From: Methanomicrobia archaeon LH_S13
GTDB lineage: Archaea; Halobacteriota; Syntropharchaeia; Alkanophagales; Methanospirareceae
NCBI GenBank assembly: GCA_023659785.1
Contig: JAGXOR010000001.1
Span: 1 to 39,200 of the forward strand
Length of the DNA: 39,200 nt
Direction: 5' to 3'
Both the position numbers and the translations under genes were made by a program. Positions 28,674-36,621 of this stretch are shown here, piece by piece. The notes beneath the pieces were generated by a model. The model was given only the letters and a program-made list of their open reading frames with translations, was not told the origin of the DNA and did no database searches. Numbering within the stretch: the stretch's first letter is position 1; every line of letters starts with the position of its first letter.

Positions 28674-29687
28674 ATGAAGAACCTCGAAGCCATTCTCGCG
28701 GGTGATAAAGGTTTGGGTTTGGGCTTGGGCTTAGGGCACGTATTACACTTGTATAATTCAAACGTAAACAAATATGCCGTTCAAATACCTTTCATTGCTT
28801 CCACATCCAAAAAAGAAAAGGTTATTTACGTGACTGCGGAGGAGGAGCTGATAAAAGAGGAGTTAGAAATAGAGAATTTAAATTTAAAGGTTGATATGGT
28901 TATATATTACCCGGAGGAGATGGGGAAGATATGCATGCATAATAAGGGGAGAATTATCGTAGACGTTTCTTCATTTGGTGATGCTTCGGTTATAGAAGAA
29001 GTGGAAGGAAAAAGGAGGGTTATAGGAAGAAAAACACTTTACAGTAGATATACCAATTACAAGCAAAGAGAAGTATATTTAAGCTCTATTTGCAATCAGT
29101 ACCCCAGTGCATATAGCATATTATGCAGTTATAACATGGATGAGCTGGAGCCAGAAATGAGTAACTCGCTGTTGAAATACCACGATAAGATAATTATGAG
29201 CACTGATGACAGCGATGTAGGCATGCCTTCATCTATACTGTTACAAACTACGAATAGTATTGCGGAGAAATATATGGTGCGATTTGTGAAGAATTATTTA
29301 GACATGATTGTGCTTGCATTGGTCTTAAAGAGAAAAATGTGCGGCACCGATATAATAAAAAGTATTCAAAAGAGTTTCGGGGTACTCCTGAGCACTGGAA
29401 CAGTATATCCACTTTTGCATGATTTGGAGGAAAAGGGACTATTAGACTGCGAATACGGTATAAGAAGGAGGTACAAAAAGAAGGTATATAAGCCAAAAGA
29501 TGAACAGCAGGTAAAGAATATCCTGATAGAGCACGTTCAATCGAATAACATTTTAAACAAATTCTTGCGGTCTTTTCCTCATGATTATATAATAGGGGGG
29601 AGGGAGCTGGACAAGGAGGAAACAAGAGATCACAGTAAAAAACCACGAGATTTCAAAAGAGACACACAAGAGATGCATCCCTACTAA
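28674..29687 (+). CDS. PadR-family winged-helix regulator with N-terminal MEDS-like sensor domain (GvpE-like position)
   Basis: C-terminal MCGTDIIKSIQKSFGVLLSTGTVYPLLHDLEEKG wHTH. N-terminal HVLHLYNS...EKVIYVT...ILCSYN...H pattern of MEDS. Confidence 0.8.
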   Translation: MKNLEAILAGDKGLGLGLGLGHVLHLYNSNVNKYAVQIPFIASTSKKEKVIYVTAEEELIKEELEIENLNLKVDMVIYYPEEMGKICMHNKGRIIVDVSSFGDASVIEEVEGKRRVIGRKTLYSRYTNYKQREVYLSSICNQYPSAYSILCSYNMDELEPEMSNSLLKYHDKIIMSTDDSDVGMPSSILLQTTNSIAEKYMVRFVKNYLDMIVLALVLKRKMCGTDIIKSIQKSFGVLLSTGTVYPLLHDLEEKGLLDCEYGIRRRYKKKVYKPKDEQQVKNILIEHVQSNNILNKFLRSFPHDYIIGGRELDKEETRDHSKKPRDFKRDTQEMHPY

Positions 29688-29725
29688 TATTCTTAATTAT
29701 AAAGAGCTAAACAAATCCGCTTTTT

Positions 29726-29744
29726 TATATCAGGATTTGATATA
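29726..29744. promoter_or_regulatory. Palindromic candidate operator, second copy at 33635..33653
   Basis: tatatcaggatttgatata; its reverse complement matches tatatcaaatcccgctata at 17/19 positions. Confidence 0.45.
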
Positions 29745-29804
29745 ACCAAAATTTATTAAAGAACAGAGGTAGAATTACGTTTTTAGAGAGGGTAAGGGAA
29801 AATA

Positions 29805-30842
29805 ATGGAAGAGATTAATATCGCGTTCATCGGGAAAAAGGGAATGCCATTTCCGATAAGAAAGCATCCCGGAAGATACTTCTTCATCTCGGAAACCGAT
29901 TTAAAAAAGCTGACGGAGATAAACGAAGCGTGCAAGGAAAAGGGACTAAAGCACCTCAAAGAAATAAGGATAGTTGGTAGAGGAGGAGTATTGGGGAACA
30001 AGCCCTTTTTGCTAAGACGACCAGAAGGGGGTTTTCTCGAAGGTAGGTATGTTTGTATTCTTGTAGAGCATACGGTAGAGTTCGAAGAGGTGCGAAAAAG
30101 GTATGAAGGGTTAATAAAAGAAGAGAAAATAGCAAAGGAAAAGGAAAAGGCAGAAGAAAAGAAAGAGGAGGTAATAAGAAAAAGAGAGGAAGGGAAATAC
30201 GTTTACTGCGTGATAAAATCAGATGAAGAGCAGAGAAGTTTTGGTGATTTTGGGATAGAAGATACAGGAGAAGTTTATACCATTCCCTATAAGAAGTTCG
30301 CAGCGGTTGTGAGTGATTCCCCGATGAAGGAATATGAAGCGAGGGAAGAAAATGTGAAAGAGCACGAAGAAATTGTTAGGAAGATATTATTAGAGGGTCA
30401 CACGGTGCTGCCTGTTGCTTTTAATATGGTTTTTAAGGATAAACGGACGCTGCTTGTAACGATGAGCAAGGCGAGGAAGGGATTAAGAAAAGCTTATGAA
30501 ACAGTGGACAAAAAAGTAGAACTCGGAATTAAGGCTATTTTCACTAAAGAGGCGCTGAAAACCCTTGAAAAAAGCAGAAGCGAGTTAGGCCAGGACTTTG
30601 AATCTGACTTACTCGAAACAATAGATGGTAAATTCGCATCTTTAAAGAAGTTGGATTTGTTCAGTGACCGTCTGGCATTGAATATGACTTTTTTGGTTGA
30701 CCGGGACAAGATAGCGGAGATTTCAGAAGCAATTGAACCCCTGTATAATAAATACGATTCGTTAAAAGTCCAGTATAGCGGTCCCTGGGCACCCTATAAT
30801 TTTGTTAACATAAGGATATTAGGAAAAGGAGGAGGAAAATAA
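29805..30842 (+). CDS. GvpL/GvpF-family gas vesicle protein with about 120-aa N-terminal extension
   Basis: GKYVYCVI, AAVVSD, HEEIV, TVLPVAFNMVF, ELGIK, LNMTFLVD and YSGPWAPYNFV motifs. Confidence 0.92.
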   Translation: MEEINIAFIGKKGMPFPIRKHPGRYFFISETDLKKLTEINEACKEKGLKHLKEIRIVGRGGVLGNKPFLLRRPEGGFLEGRYVCILVEHTVEFEEVRKRYEGLIKEEKIAKEKEKAEEKKEEVIRKREEGKYVYCVIKSDEEQRSFGDFGIEDTGEVYTIPYKKFAAVVSDSPMKEYEAREENVKEHEEIVRKILLEGHTVLPVAFNMVFKDKRTLLVTMSKARKGLRKAYETVDKKVELGIKAIFTKEALKTLEKSRSELGQDFESDLLETIDGKFASLKKLDLFSDRLALNMTFLVDRDKIAEISEAIEPLYNKYDSLKVQYSGPWAPYNFVNIRILGKGGGK

Positions 30843-31127
30843 ATGCCATTTATAATTGACGACTTATTTCTGCGGATGCTTGGGATTTCTATCCCCCCTT
30901 TCGATATGTTATGGTTGATGGAGCAAATAAGGGATTATGCTTATACAGAGATGTATGATACAGAGAAGATAAATAGCCAGCTAAAAGAGAACAGGCTGCT
31001 TTACGAATTTGATGAGATAACAAAAGAGGAGTATGAGAAAAGGAACGAGAAACTTAATCACAAATTGAAAATGGCAAACCACGTGAACCACGCAAATATG
31101 CGGGACAGAGTGAATGCCCTGAGATAA
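30843..31127 (+). CDS. gvpG: Gas vesicle protein GvpG
   Basis: FIIDDLF...EMYDTEKINSQLKENRLLYEFDEITKEEYEKR resembles archaeal GvpG; translationally coupled to gvpF/L. Confidence 0.85.
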   Translation: MPFIIDDLFLRMLGISIPPFDMLWLMEQIRDYAYTEMYDTEKINSQLKENRLLYEFDEITKEEYEKRNEKLNHKLKMANHVNHANMRDRVNALR

Positions 31128-31177
31128 GAGAAAGATAAAACCACGAGATTACACAAGATTTACACAGAAGAGAGAAA

Positions 31178-31390
31178 ATGAAAAAAGGAAGAAGGAGAGG
31201 AAAAGAAAAACGCCTTGTGCCAAGATCTTTAAAAACAATAGATGCATTACAGGAAAAGGGGACAGTGGTTGATTTCAAGTACTCAACCAATTTAATTTCC
31301 TTGATAAGAATGGACGTTGAGGGAAGAGCTGCGATTAAAGGTTATGATGCCGGTGTTGACGTTCATCCATTCAAACTATACAGGAGGTAA
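31178..31390 (+). CDS. Highly divergent GvpA/GvpJ/GvpM-family protein
   Basis: TIDALQEKGTVVDFKYSTNLISLIRMDVEGRAAIKGYD aligns without gaps to GvpA VIDRILDKGIVIDAWVRVSLVGIELLAIEARIVIASVE; RAAI as in GvpJ/M. Confidence 0.6.
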   Translation: MKKGRRRGKEKRLVPRSLKTIDALQEKGTVVDFKYSTNLISLIRMDVEGRAAIKGYDAGVDVHPFKLYRR

Positions 31391-31394
31391 GAAC

Positions 31395-33383
31395 ATGAAC
31401 AAAGAGCCAGGCTTTTTCTCTGATGAATTAAACCTCATATTCTTCGGTGGGAAAGGAGGAGAGGGGAAGACGACATGTGCGGCTGCAACTGCGCTGCGTC
31501 TATCAGAAAGAGGGAGGAAAACGCTTATCCTCTCCACTGACCCAGCTCATTCACTTTCAGATAGTTTCGGCATTCACATAGGTAACAAAATCACGCCTCT
31601 AAAAGACAACCTGTATGGTCTGGAGATAGATTCGAGGGAATTGATAGAAGAGTTTATGAAAGAAAATGAAATTACAATTTCAAAGATAGTTGACAGAGGC
31701 ACATATCTTGATGCCGATGACATATTAAAAATGCTCTCCCTTTCCCTACCAGGTATGGACGAGTACATGGCGATATTAAAAATAAGGGAATTGATGAGAG
31801 AGGGGGAATACGATTTGTTCATTTCCGATACAGCACCAACTGGACACTCCATTCGTCTATTATTAACACCGGGATTAGCTGATGAATGGATTGGTTTCCT
31901 CGATAAGTTGGCAGAAAAACACAGGTATATAACGAGGACATTCAGGGGCAGATATGTAAAGGACGAAACGGACGCGTTCTTAGAAAAGATGCATAGAGAC
32001 TTGAGGATGGTGATGAAAGCTTTTACAGATGTGAAAACGGAATTTGTGCCCGTTACAATCCTGGAAGCGATGGGTGTAGAGGAAACCGCAGACCTGCTTT
32101 CTGCACTTCAAGACCTCAAAATAAATGTCAGAAGCATAGTAATTAATAGAGCAAATTTATCCCCCATAGAGAAGTGCGATTTATGCGCTCATAGAGTAAA
32201 AGACCAGGAAAGGTATGTCAGTGAAATATATGAAAAATGGGGGAGATATGACGTTATACAGGTGCCGCTGTTTCCTCACGAGATAAGAGGGTCAGAAAGG
32301 CTAAGCGAGTTCGGCGATGTATTGGCAGGAAAGCCTTATGAGTATAAGCCAAGTGCAGAGAAGAGACAGCGAAAAAAAAAAGCGAAATCGAGAATAAAGG
32401 ATTTGCTGGAGAAAGAACTGAAGGTGCTGATTATTGGCGGAAAGGGGGGAGTGGGAAAAACAACGGTAGCATCAGCATCGGGTTTGTACATTGCAAGAAG
32501 AAAGCCGGGAAAGAAGATACTGGTGGGCTCTACTGACCCGGCGCATTCATTATCCGACTCTTTTGACCTGCACATAGGTAATAAGGTTACCAAGATAGAA
32601 AACAACCTTTATGGTTTGGAAATAGATGCGGAAGAGGCGATGGCTGAATTTAGAGATAAATACACGACGGAGATAAAAGAAGCATTTGAAGGTTTAGCCC
32701 GCGATAGAAGAACTGCCATTGATTTGCCTTTTGATAGGGATATACTTCAACGTCTCAAGGAGCTTACTCCTCCTGGTTTAGATGAGATAATGGCACTCGC
32801 GAAGATAGTGGAATTGACGAAGAGTAGTGAGTACGATTTAATTATTTTAGATACCGCTCCAACAGGGCATACCATTAGATTGTTAGAGCTGCCGGATATA
32901 GCATTGGACTGGTTTGATGCTTTTATCAGGATAATACACAAATATAGAGAGATGGTTTCGCTGACAGACACCTTAAGATTGGTATTAGAAAAGAAGAGGG
33001 ATACAGAAGAGACGCTAAAAATCCTGAGAAGCGAAGCCCAAACGGAATTTGTTGGTGTTACAATTCCAGAGGCGATGAGTGTATTTGAGACTGAACACCT
33101 CATATCAGAGATAAAAAAAGCTGAGATTTGTTTAGAGCACGTTATTATCAACAGTATTATTCCGGCTCCTGCGGCGAAATGTAGTTTCTGTATATCGCAA
33201 CTAAAAAATCAGAGGGAGTATATAAAAGAAATAGGAAAACTTGGCTACAAAATCACCGAGATACCTTTGTTCGAGCATGAAATCCGAGGTATAGATATGC
33301 TTGCTGACTTTGGCGAAGTGATATATGGAGAAGGGAGGAGTCATAAAACGGGGATTGGCAATAAATTATTTGGTTTTTTTTAA
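31395..33383 (+). CDS. Tandem-domain ArsA/Get3(TRC40)-family ATPase
   Basis: Two domains with GGKGGEGKTT and GGKGGVGKTT. Each has STDPAHSLSD, PG(M/L)DE, DTAPTGH and CxxC (CDLC, CSFC). Start ATG 31395 after GGAGGT. Confidence 0.93.
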   Translation: MNKEPGFFSDELNLIFFGGKGGEGKTTCAAATALRLSERGRKTLILSTDPAHSLSDSFGIHIGNKITPLKDNLYGLEIDSRELIEEFMKENEITISKIVDRGTYLDADDILKMLSLSLPGMDEYMAILKIRELMREGEYDLFISDTAPTGHSIRLLLTPGLADEWIGFLDKLAEKHRYITRTFRGRYVKDETDAFLEKMHRDLRMVMKAFTDVKTEFVPVTILEAMGVEETADLLSALQDLKINVRSIVINRANLSPIEKCDLCAHRVKDQERYVSEIYEKWGRYDVIQVPLFPHEIRGSERLSEFGDVLAGKPYEYKPSAEKRQRKKKAKSRIKDLLEKELKVLIIGGKGGVGKTTVASASGLYIARRKPGKKILVGSTDPAHSLSDSFDLHIGNKVTKIENNLYGLEIDAEEAMAEFRDKYTTEIKEAFEGLARDRRTAIDLPFDRDILQRLKELTPPGLDEIMALAKIVELTKSSEYDLIILDTAPTGHTIRLLELPDIALDWFDAFIRIIHKYREMVSLTDTLRLVLEKKRDTEETLKILRSEAQTEFVGVTIPEAMSVFETEHLISEIKKAEICLEHVIINSIIPAPAAKCSFCISQLKNQREYIKEIGKLGYKITEIPLFEHEIRGIDMLADFGEVIYGEGRSHKTGIGNKLFGFF

Positions 33384-33405
33384 AAATTTCAAAAGGGGAT
33401 AAGAA

Positions 33406-33624
33406 ATGGGAAGAAAGAAGTATTGGCAAAGAAGCATGGAAATTTACTTCAGGGAGCAGAATAGAAAGCGTGATCCTTTAAAGCTTCGTGAGGAAATGGA
33501 AAAGGGAACTAAAGAAATCAGTGAAAAAATGAGTTCTTATGTGGAAGAGAAAAGTGAAGAGCGAGATGACTATGCAAAAAGATTCCAGGAAGATGTGAAA
33601 AAGATAAAGAATAGACTGAGATAA
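33406..33624 (+). CDS. Small charged helical protein (possibly GvpC-like)
   Basis: 72 aa, E/K/R-rich amphipathic helix, RBS GGGGAT. Confidence 0.6.
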   Translation: MGRKKYWQRSMEIYFREQNRKRDPLKLREEMEKGTKEISEKMSSYVEEKSEERDDYAKRFQEDVKKIKNRLR

Positions 33625-33736
33625 AAAAGGGTTTTATATCAAATCCCGCTATAATCGAAATCCTTTTGAATGCAGACTTCTAACATAAAATTTGAAATTA
33701 AAAAAATAAAAGAGTTTTTAACGAGGTGTGAAAAAA

Positions 33737-33961
33737 ATGGTTACACGAGAAGCAAAAAGTAGGGGAAAGTTGGTAGCGGAATTGGATGATTCAACGTATA
33801 GGGCGATAGCAGGTAAGGTACGTAGTCACTTATCTCCTCGTGTGTATATCTCACCTGAGAGGACAAGTGTAGAAGGTAAGAAAGTAGTCAGGCTGTGGAG
33901 CAGATACCCGGAAGCTGCGAAAAGAGCGGTTCAAAAGGTATTGGCTGAGAGGCGTAAATAA
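33737..33961 (+). CDS. Small basic hypothetical protein
   Basis: RBS GAGGTG; MVTREAKSRGK...; globular-looking alpha/beta pattern. Confidence 0.65.
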   Translation: MVTREAKSRGKLVAELDDSTYRAIAGKVRSHLSPRVYISPERTSVEGKKVVRLWSRYPEAAKRAVQKVLAERRK

Positions 33962-33978
33962 AAAAGGAGGTAATAAAA

Positions 33979-34188
33979 ATGACTTCGGTAAGGAGTTATA
34001 GTATGGAGAAGGATAGAGCGATAAAAGAGATACAAGCAGGAATTGAAGAGGTTGAAGAAAGAATGGCGGCTGGTATAAGTGAGCTACAAGCAGAAAGAGA
34101 AGCGGTTGAAAGAAGAGTTGCTGCGGATACTACGGAGAAGCAGAAAGATTCAGATAGGTTTGCAGAAGAGTTTTGGGAAGGAGAATGA
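33979..34188 (+). CDS. Small acidic helical protein (GvpC-like)
   Basis: RBS GGAGGT; internal repeat AIKEIQAGIEE / AGISELQAERE; ends in EEFWEGE. Confidence 0.65.
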   Translation: MTSVRSYSMEKDRAIKEIQAGIEEVEERMAAGISELQAEREAVERRVAADTTEKQKDSDRFAEEFWEGE

Positions 34189-34217
34189 AAGGTTATAAAA
34201 AATAGGGGGTGATAAGA

Positions 34218-34430
34218 ATGGTTACTATGCGACCGAATAGTGGAACAACACCAGGGAAGGATAAAGCAGCAAGAGACAGGCAAGTGAAGTTTTTAAGATA
34301 TCTCAGGACGAGAACACAACACTTATCTCTCACATTACGTCCACGCGGCGTTCGACAACTCTGGATGGTGGAGGAACAGAGATGGCGTGGCAGGGAGTGG
34401 TGGAAGAAAGATAAAGATTGGTGGAGGTAA
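34218..34430 (+). CDS. Small Arg/Trp-rich hypothetical protein
   Basis: RBS GGGGGTGA; C-terminus RWRGREWWKKDKDWWR. Confidence 0.6.
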   Translation: MVTMRPNSGTTPGKDKAARDRQVKFLRYLRTRTQHLSLTLRPRGVRQLWMVEEQRWRGREWWKKDKDWWR

Positions 34431-34435
34431 ATGAC

Positions 34436-34687
34436 ATGACGACTTCAAGTAGTATTTCAAGACGCTTAGAAGGGCTGGGCAACGAAAAAGAGAGGGTAAA
34501 AAGAGAGACAGAAAGGATTGATAGACAGAAGAAGGCGATACTCGAAAGAAGGCAGAAAGCATTGGAACGGGGTGAAACATTGACCGGGATGGATGATATG
34601 GAGAGAAAAAAGAGAGCAACGCGGTCGAGATGGGATAGAAAATGGAATTATAGAAGATGGAAAATTGATGCGAAAAAGAGGTCTTAA
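34436..34687 (+). CDS. Small Arg/Lys-rich protein, paralog of 34694..34960
   Basis: RBS GGAGGT; ERIDRQKKAILERRQKALERGETLTGMDDMERKKRATRSRWDRKW. Confidence 0.75.
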   Translation: MTTSSSISRRLEGLGNEKERVKRETERIDRQKKAILERRQKALERGETLTGMDDMERKKRATRSRWDRKWNYRRWKIDAKKRS

Positions 34688-34693
34688 AGCAAA

Positions 34694-34960
34694 ATGACAG
34701 GGAAAGAGCATTGGCAAAGAGATCTGGCGTATTTGAAAAGAAGCATGCTGGGTTCAGGGCAGTTGAGAAGGATTAAAGCACAGGAAGAACGGATAAGCAG
34801 GCAGAAGGAAGCTGCGCATGAAAGAAGACGAGCAGCTATAAAAAGGGGTGAAGTAATAACCGGGATAGACAAGGTGGAAAGGAAAAAGTTAGCAACGCAG
34901 CATAGATGGGATGGAAAATGGGCTCGCAGGAAAATGAAATTGGACGCAAGAAGGAGGTAG
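34694..34960 (+). CDS. Small Arg/Lys-rich protein, paralog of 34436..34687
   Basis: ERISRQKEAAHERRRAAIKRGEVITGIDKVERKKLATQHRWDGKW. Confidence 0.75.
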   Translation: MTGKEHWQRDLAYLKRSMLGSGQLRRIKAQEERISRQKEAAHERRRAAIKRGEVITGIDKVERKKLATQHRWDGKWARRKMKLDARRR

Positions 34961-34966
34961 GTAAAA

Positions 34967-35329
34967 ATGGAAAAAATCGGTGCGGAAATCGAAGATGCGA
35001 GAATACAAAGTGTATATGATATATGGGGAAAGAAGCCGCCGGGAATTAGATTCTGCGATACTGATGTTTTAACCATAGCTGCAAAGACAGATGAGAGTGA
35101 GGAAGTAAAAGACACTTTCTTTTTCTCTCTAAAAGCAGATGGAACATTTGCTGTAAATACCGCGCACAGAATAAGCCGTTTAAGAAGAAAAAGACTGGCT
35201 GAATTCCTTAGATACTACAATATCGCAGATAAAGTGGAGGAATACAACTTAAGAAAGGGAATAGAGGAATGGAAAGGGAAGAAGATAGAAGTGGTTAAAA
35301 GCAACGGAAGGTATATTTTTGTTCAATAA
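34967..35329 (+). CDS. Hypothetical protein, beta-rich, possible OB-like fold
   Basis: 120 aa, RBS GGAGGTAGGT, coupled to the upstream ORFs. Confidence 0.75.
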   Translation: MEKIGAEIEDARIQSVYDIWGKKPPGIRFCDTDVLTIAAKTDESEEVKDTFFFSLKADGTFAVNTAHRISRLRRKRLAEFLRYYNIADKVEEYNLRKGIEEWKGKKIEVVKSNGRYIFVQ

Positions 35330-35343
35330 AAAGGAGGTAAAAA

Positions 35344-35466
35344 ATGACACCGGAAAAATCGAAAGTAAGATTGGCGGGAATGGAAAGAAAGATGGAAGAA
35401 AGGATAAAAAAGAGCGATTTAAGATGGAAAAGAAGAGAGAGGGCTGGAAAAGCAGCTAAAGCGTAA
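35344..35466 (+). CDS. Small basic 40-aa protein
   Basis: RBS AAGGAGGT; MTPEKSKVRLAGMERKMEERIKKSDLRWKRRERAGKAAKA. Missed by the ORF track. Confidence 0.6.
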   Translation: MTPEKSKVRLAGMERKMEERIKKSDLRWKRRERAGKAAKA

Positions 35467-35470
35467 GCTT

Positions 35471-35520
35471 AAAAGAGGAAGAAAATATCCTGTTCTTTTC
35501 TCTCTATTTTTCTTTTTTTG
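35471..35520 (+). terminator. Hairpin plus oligo-T terminator after the small-ORF array
   Basis: agaggaagaa...ttcttttct stem followed by tttttctttttttg. Confidence 0.55.
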
Positions 35521-35542
35521 ATAAATATGATTGTATTCAAAA

Positions 35543-36574
35543 ATGGTAGAAAATAAAGGTAAATACGTCTATGGAATATTAAACAACGGTGAGGGAAGGA
35601 GTTTTGGAGAAATCGGGATTAACAAAGAAGAGGCTTACTGCATCAATTTTAAGGATATTTCCGCCGTGGTTGGCGATTCTGCACTTAAGACATACGAAGT
35701 GACGAGGGAAAAATTGCTTGCTCATGAACAGGTCATCCAAGAGGTGATGAAAGAGCATACTATCATCCCAATGACGTTTGGAACCGTTGCTAAGGACGAG
35801 AAAGATGTCGAGAATATGCTTGAGCGGATGTACGCGGAATTCAAGCAGGTGCTGAAGAGAATAGAGAATAAATTGCAGATAGATGTGAAAGCGATTTGGA
35901 ATAAAGATGTAATTTACACGGGTATTTTGAGAGAAGATGAAGGGATAAGGAGGTTAAGTGAAAAGGCATCAAAAAAACCGGCTGATAAGACTTATGATGA
36001 AAAGGTGGAATTAGGTAAGAAAGTGATGTCAGCCGTGGATAAGAGGAAAGAGAGGTATATAAAAGAGATAACTGAGGCTTTGAGCACTTATATAGAAGAT
36101 TCACAGCAGAATAAACTCAAAGATGACAAAATGATAATGAACACTTCTTTTCTCGTGGCTAAAAGCAAAGAGCAAGAGATTTATAAAAAATTGGACGAGT
36201 TGGATGAGAAATATGGAGAGGACGTGCAGGTTATAGCAGTTGGACCTTTGCCTCCTTATAATTTCTCGCATATAGAAATAAAGCCTATGGATTTCGATAC
36301 GATTGATTCTGCCCGTAGAACATTAGGCTTGGGTAAGGGGGTGACGATGTCAGAAATTGATGATGCATATAACCGCCTGGCATTGCAATTCCATCCTGAC
36401 CGAAATCCTGATGCGTCAGCAAAAGAGAAGTTCAAGGAGATAGAGCAAGCTTATTCTACGCTGCGAGATTATTGCTCACGATATGTGTATTCATTCAAGA
36501 AGAAGGATGTGGAGAAGACTGTGATGGTGTATATAGCTAGCGGAGGTAAAAAACCACGAGATTTCACAAGATAG
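35543..36574 (+). CDS. GvpL/GvpF-family protein fused to a C-terminal DnaJ J-domain
   Basis: GKYVYGI, HEQVI, IIPMTFG and GPLPPYNF, followed by AYNRLALQFHPDRNPDASAKEKFKEIEQAYSTL with intact HPD. Confidence 0.92.
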   Translation: MVENKGKYVYGILNNGEGRSFGEIGINKEEAYCINFKDISAVVGDSALKTYEVTREKLLAHEQVIQEVMKEHTIIPMTFGTVAKDEKDVENMLERMYAEFKQVLKRIENKLQIDVKAIWNKDVIYTGILREDEGIRRLSEKASKKPADKTYDEKVELGKKVMSAVDKRKERYIKEITEALSTYIEDSQQNKLKDDKMIMNTSFLVAKSKEQEIYKKLDELDEKYGEDVQVIAVGPLPPYNFSHIEIKPMDFDTIDSARRTLGLGKGVTMSEIDDAYNRLALQFHPDRNPDASAKEKFKEIEQAYSTLRDYCSRYVYSFKKKDVEKTVMVYIASGGKKPRDFTR

Positions 36575-36610
36575 CAATTTCTTGTGAGAATCTGTGTAAT
36601 CTGAGGGGTT
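36551..36610. repeat. REP-like inverted repeat; related half-copies at about 29637-29670 and 31137-31166
   Basis: aaccacgagatttcacaagat...tcttgtgagaatctgtgtaatctgaggggtt. The motif aaaccacgagatt occurs three times in the gvp cluster. Confidence 0.75.
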
Positions 36611-36621
36611 ATAAAGGAAGC

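Noticed and set aside
28709..28737. GGTTTG/GGCTTG hexamer run (GLGLGLG) as a phase-variation tract
   Set aside because: It is short, imperfect and in-frame (unit of 6), so slippage would not switch expression.
31395..33383. Arsenic resistance operon
   Set aside because: No arsR, arsB/acr3, arsC or arsD nearby; the context is gvp genes.
33406..35466. Prophage or viral segment suggested by many small ORFs
   Set aside because: No integrase, capsid, terminase, replication gene or att repeats are seen, and the array is flanked by gvp-family genes.
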